Assembly: GCA_048213135.1 (NCBI GenBank)
Contig: PS015113.1
Coordinates: 79,162-119,244, forward strand
Origin: Reclinomonas americana ATCC 50394
Taxonomy: Eukaryota
Length of the DNA: 40,083 bases
Direction of reading: 5' to 3'
In this document: positions 35,324 through 40,083 of the stretch, one piece after another
Layout of the letters: the number at the start of each line of letters is the position of its first letter
How positions within the stretch are numbered: position 1 is the stretch's first letter
The notes under the pieces: generated by a model
Seen by the model: only the letters and a program-made list of their open reading frames with translations
What the model was told of the DNA's origin: nothing
Database searches by the model: none
Translations under genes and position numbers: made by a program

Positions 35324-36615
35324 TTAGCACAGGTTGAGCGACTGTGAGGCATAGAACTTGACGTCGACGTCCGAGTCTTCGTTCAGAGTCAACAAGCACG
35401 GCTTGATCTGTGCGACAAAAAATCGGGTGTCAGTGCACATTTTTTCAGCTGCGTGGGAGACAACACTCGGCGGGGCGCAACTTGAGTCTGCACCACCGGA
35501 CCCTCGACCAGTGGAATCAGCGTCTGGAACGTCTTGGCCACGTTGAAGCGCACATTTGGCACCGTGTCGCCGGCCAGACGCAGAGTCAGCGGCAACAGCG
35601 AGGACACAATGCCCTCGCTGCCCATCACGCTTGCCAGCGTCGAAATTGTGAAGAGAAGAGTCATGCCTGCCGAGGAGGTGAACGGGATCAGTACGTGAAG
35701 CACTTCCCTGGAAAATGACAGCATAGTATACGCAACGGTGCAGGTAGTTGCGGTTGTCGACCAGCGTGGCCAACTTTGGCAGCAGCGAGTGCTGCGCCCA
35801 CTCGGGACCGAATGTCTCCACCACCTGTCACACGCAGAACATGACAATGTGAGTTCATCCATGAAACCAGCACACGCATGCAGAGAATGAGAAAGAGAGA
35901 GTTGGCGAACCTTTCGCAGATTGGCGGTCGTGGCCTCACGGACCGAGTAGACCGGGTCGCCGAGCCACGCCATGCACAGCGTGCTCAATTCGTCATCAAA
36001 GAAGCGGACACCCTGCAACGCAGCCGCAAAGTCAGTGGCTTGTGGCACATAAGGCGATGGGGGCTACGGCGAGCACGCACCAACTCGGTGGACAGCAGTG
36101 GAATGTAATCAATGATCGCCAAGCGCACTCGCCATTGGCGGTCTTGCGAAAGCTCTACAATGGACGGCAACAGAGACTGCGACAGCAGCTCCACTCCAAT
36201 GACCTTGTTCACATCCTGTGCGTGGCGCACCAAGTTTTCAGTCAGTCACTGCACACATTCGGTACGAAGCAAGGCCTCTCTCTCTCTTTGATTCTCACAA
36301 ACAAACCTCCAACTTGGCAATCACATTGAGCCTGACCTCGTAAAACTCGTCCTTCAGCAGACGCAGGTACAGCGGCAGCAACAGCTCCAGCGTCTTTTCC
36401 CGTCCCAGCAGCGGTGCGAGGCCCATGATATCCGACGCAAGTGCAGCTACAGGCAGCCAAAAAACGAAGGAAACAATTCAGGCGGTGCAGACAGGCAAAC
36501 ATGCATCCACCATGCACGCAACATCGCACGTGCTGCGACGGATCCTGTGTGAGAGCTTTTACAGAGTCGAGGAACTCGACAATCTGCTCCGGTGTCAACA
36601 TGCTGGCCACCTTGC
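35324..36615 (-). CDS. PPP2R1A: PP2A scaffold subunit A (HEAT repeats), C-terminal half only; 5' part lost at a gap
   Basis: Motifs [90 protein letters not shown]. Confidence 0.93.
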
Positions 36616-37076
36616 NNNNNNNNNNNNNNNNNNNNNNNNNNNNNNNNNNNNNNNNNNNNNNNNNNNNNNNNNNNNNNNNNNNNNNNNNNNNNNNNNNNNN
36701 NNNNNNNNNNNNNNNNNNNNNNNNNNNNNNNNNNGCATACACAAGTGTGCGTCTCTCTCTCTGTGTGTGTGATATAGTGTACGCGTGGAGAGAACAGCAA
36801 AGAGAGCGCGCGAGGGAGACAGAGAGAGAGAAACAAACTTGCGCGAGTTACGCGCGCACATGTCAACGTTCACAACGCGCGCCCTCACAAAAACAGAAAA
36901 AATCACTCGCTGCTGTCCACGCACACACAGACACAGACAACACAACAAGCAGCAGAGCGCGTGTGCAGAACACACACAGAGAGAGTGAGGAGAGAGACAG
37001 CGCGCACACACCCATTGCAAAAGTCGGGACAGTGCTCCCAAAACCCGTCTGTCCATTGTCCGAGGGTGATCACAAC

Positions 37077-40000
37077 ATGGGTGTACTTGAGAGATTTGGC
37101 GACTTGGCGAGTTTCGACGCCGGCGTGCGTTCGCGTGCGGCCAAGGCACTCATCGATGAGCTGGAGCAGCTGCAGCGTTCGTTGCGTGCTTGCGGTGCTA
37201 TTTTTTGTGCAGGTGTCGGTCTGTGCATGTGCATGTGCACATGGCGCTGACCCTCGCTTTTTTTACTCCTTGCAGATTCGAGCAGGGCAGCAATGTGCGG
37301 AACATGTCGTCGGCTGCTCGACTGGAGCAGGTCTGCTGCACCGACTTGTTCTACTCGTTCAAGCGATTGGTGTCGGGACTGGCCTCCAATCGACAGGCCG
37401 CTCGTGTCGGCTACGCAGCCACACTCAGCGAGGTGTGTGTGTGGAGAGAGAGAAGAGAGAGAGGAGGGGGTGGGAGGTTCTCCGCATGTGAGGCGTGATT
37501 CTCACGGAATGACGTGGCAGCTGCTGCATCGCTTCCCGCAAGTCACCATTGACAACTTTCTGCGCTTCGCGGCCAAGACGCTGGAGTGCAAGTCGAACAT
37601 GAGTGGGCTGGAGGAGCGTGATCACATGTTTGGGCAGGCGTTTGCCATGTTTGCGCTGTTGCGATCGGAACGCTTGCATGGTGCGGGTTCGGAGGGTGGT
37701 CCCGATGCGGCGCTGCTGTCGCGTGTGCTGGCCGTGCTGCTGGATCTGGCCGAGAAACGCTCGTATCTGTGCCAGCTGGTGTACCGCGGAGTGTGCCTGC
37801 TGGTGGAACAGGTGCGGTTGCGAGAGTGGCGTGATTTCTCTGTGACCAGGAAAAAAAACTCACGATATGAATCATCATGCCAGTTGTCACCCGACGTGCT
37901 GCGCCAGGCCGTACTGCCGCGCATCAAGCCGCTGATCTCTGGCGCACTGCGAGCGCACACACCCGACACACTGGGTCTGGTGCTGGCGCTGGAGAAGAAG
38001 TTGCCAGTGGAGGAGCTGGGAGTGCCCGAGTTGCGCGGTGGCCGGTCCACGCTGCACCCTCTCAACATTCCACAGCTGGGTGAGCCGCTGAAGGAGTCGG
38101 TGGCGGCGCATCCCAAGCTGCACACGGTGTGGACGGTGATTTTGGATGAGATTGTGCCGAATGTGGATGATGTGAAGGAGGACGCGCTGGCCACGCTGTG
38201 GTCGACGGTGGTCGACGAGGCACTGCTGCAGTCGACACATCCGCGCAAGTTCCTCGCCTACCTGCTCTTCAACGAGGTGCTGAACCGGCTATCGCGATCG
38301 GCCAACCGCACCGTGTTCGATCTCATCTTCACGAAGCGATTCGTGGAGGCATTGGCCTTCGACGCACGCCACGTTGAGACGCAATTGCACGAGTCCGCCA
38401 AGTACACGGTGCGCAAGGGATAGAGAGGGGAGAAAAGGGGAGAGGCGTATGTGTCTGACTATGTTTGTTGGCATATGCAGCTGGAACAACTGGCCGTGCA
38501 CTGCCGCGGCAATGCGTGGCTGCGCCTGGCCACACTGGAGGGCTTCATTAACCACGGCACAGTGCGCTTCCAGACGCTGCGTCAGAACAAGCTGTTTTCG
38601 TCCATTTTCGCCTCGGATCTGGAGCCACCAGAAACTGGAATTCACGAGTTTGTGGAGTCGCTGTTGGAGAAGTTGGAAAAGTTGTGTACACTCGCCCGTC
38701 CAAGTGTCCTTCAGCCGCGCGGTGTTTGACAATTTGTGTGTGTGTGTGTGTATGTGTGTGTGTGTGTGTGCAGCTGTCGGTCGAGCTACGAAGGCGAGCG
38801 CAACGCACAGTGGATGTGGGTGTTGGAGCAGTTGGGAAGAGTGATGAAGAGCCCGCGGATCCGAAAGGATCCGGCCACGGTGCGGAGTGTGTTGCGGGAG
38901 CTGGCACGGCATGGTCTGTTTATGCGCCGAGTGGTCGGCAAGGTGTCCGCCGCAGCCGACGCTGCCGGTGGATCGTCATCGTCGGCCGCGTCGGAGTCTC
39001 GCGAGGTGTCACCGGCGGTGCGGGAGCAGTGTGCCAACAAGCTGCTGTCGTTGGTGTCGGACTTGGTGCACAACCCGGCGTTGCACACGCGGGGTGGCAG
39101 CAACCGCTCAGGAGGCGCAGACAAGGGCGGAGGTGTGTGATGCAAGGGCGGGGTGTGCACGGATAGTCATTATCTCACTGCATTTTGCGCCACGCAGACG
39201 ACGATGAGGAGATGGGTGGTACGTCGCCGGGTGTGTCCGAGTTGACGATGCAGAGCTGGTTGTCGGAGGTTGTGGATGTTGTTCGCGAAGTTGCGTTTTG
39301 TGGTCCGCGGTGTACAAAGGTGTCGACTGTGTTCTAGTGCTGGTTGCTCATATTGTGGTGCGCAGTTGGAGGAGGATGCAAGTTTGCGTCCGCAGTGGGA
39401 GCACAAGGACAATGCAGAGGTGTTGACGGCACAGCAGTCATTGCGACGTGCTCTGGCGGCACTGGATGGTATTCCGCGGAAAAACAGCAAGCTGGCCACT
39501 GTGTTGCCTGCCGTTTCGTGCCTGCGCGCGTCGAACTCCATTGCGTTGCACTTGCCGCTCACTGGTGTGATACGACAGAATGTGCCACTGGATGCGGCCG
39601 TGTCGTCGCTGCGGCTGCTGGCCACACAACTCCTCATTTTCACGTTTGTTCGCGGGCACGAGGTCCTGAACGAAATCGAGGTGAGTGGAGAGGGAGAGGG
39701 AAAGAGGCGCTTGCAGATGATGCGTGTCTCACGCAACTTGATGTGTGGCGCAGGAATTGTCCATGTTTTGTGTGGACATGTGCCTGGCGGTGCGAAGCAA
39801 GGATGCACAGAAGGGCAAGAAGAAGAAGTCGAGGAAGGCGGCAGAGGAGGAAGAGGAGGACGAGGAGGGAGGTGAGTAGTGGTGTCTCGAATGAGTGGAA
39901 CGGTCGTTGTCGAGGGTTCTCACGTGTGATGCGCAGAAATCTCGGTGCGATTCATGCCATTCCTCGTCGACTTGCTGTTGGGCATCCTCGTCAAGTCGTC

Positions 40001-40083
40001 GGCCTACCTGCGTGATGCGGTCAAGGCGGTGCGTGCACTTCTCCTGATGTGTGCGCCCAGTGTGCCGACTCACACGAGTCATG
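37077..40083 (+). CDS. MYBBP1A: MYBBP1A/Pol5 (DNA polymerase phi family) nucleolar protein, 3'-truncated by the window end
   Basis: Motifs LERFGDLAS…VRSRAAKALI, YSFKRLVSGLASNRQAARVGYAATLSELL, EERDHMFG, SVAAHPKLHTVW, LVDLLLGILVKSSAYLRDAV. Confidence 0.88.

Noticed and set aside
1-40083. Prokaryotic-type systems (CRISPR, operons, IS elements), tRNA/rRNA genes, transposase or reverse-transcriptase ORFs
   Set aside because: None seen. The sequence is spliceosomal-intron-rich eukaryotic DNA.

Overview
Draft-assembly window from an intron-rich, GC-rich and very gene-dense eukaryotic genome, most likely a protist. Introns are mostly about 60-150 nt, so the six-frame ORFs are largely exon fragments; gene models below were spliced by eye. 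In order the window holds: a low-complexity purine tract; an unknown 3-exon gene; three tandem signal-peptide GT77/Nucleotid_trans-like glycosyltransferases; two tandem signal-peptide GT2 glycosyltransferases; a calcineurin-like metallophosphoesterase; a class-3 lipase; FAM133; an RCC1+ankyrin protein; MPO1/DUF962; SAC1; an unknown gene; MRM2/FtsJ; a DUF861-type cupin ending in a PTS1; the PP2A scaffold A subunit (5' half missing at a gap); and MYBBP1A/Pol5, which runs off the end. The most interesting signals concern splicing. About 18 frame-verified introns use an atypical GTTG(C/A)G donor, which is the local GTG(C/A)GT consensus shifted by one base, and none has an exonic -1 G. SAC1 has a clear U12-type AT-AC intron, and there are several GC-AG introns. 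Also notable are the five-gene secretory glycosyltransferase array with mosaic paralogs and the 66-79 bp divergent promoters. Several N-gaps show assembly artefacts.
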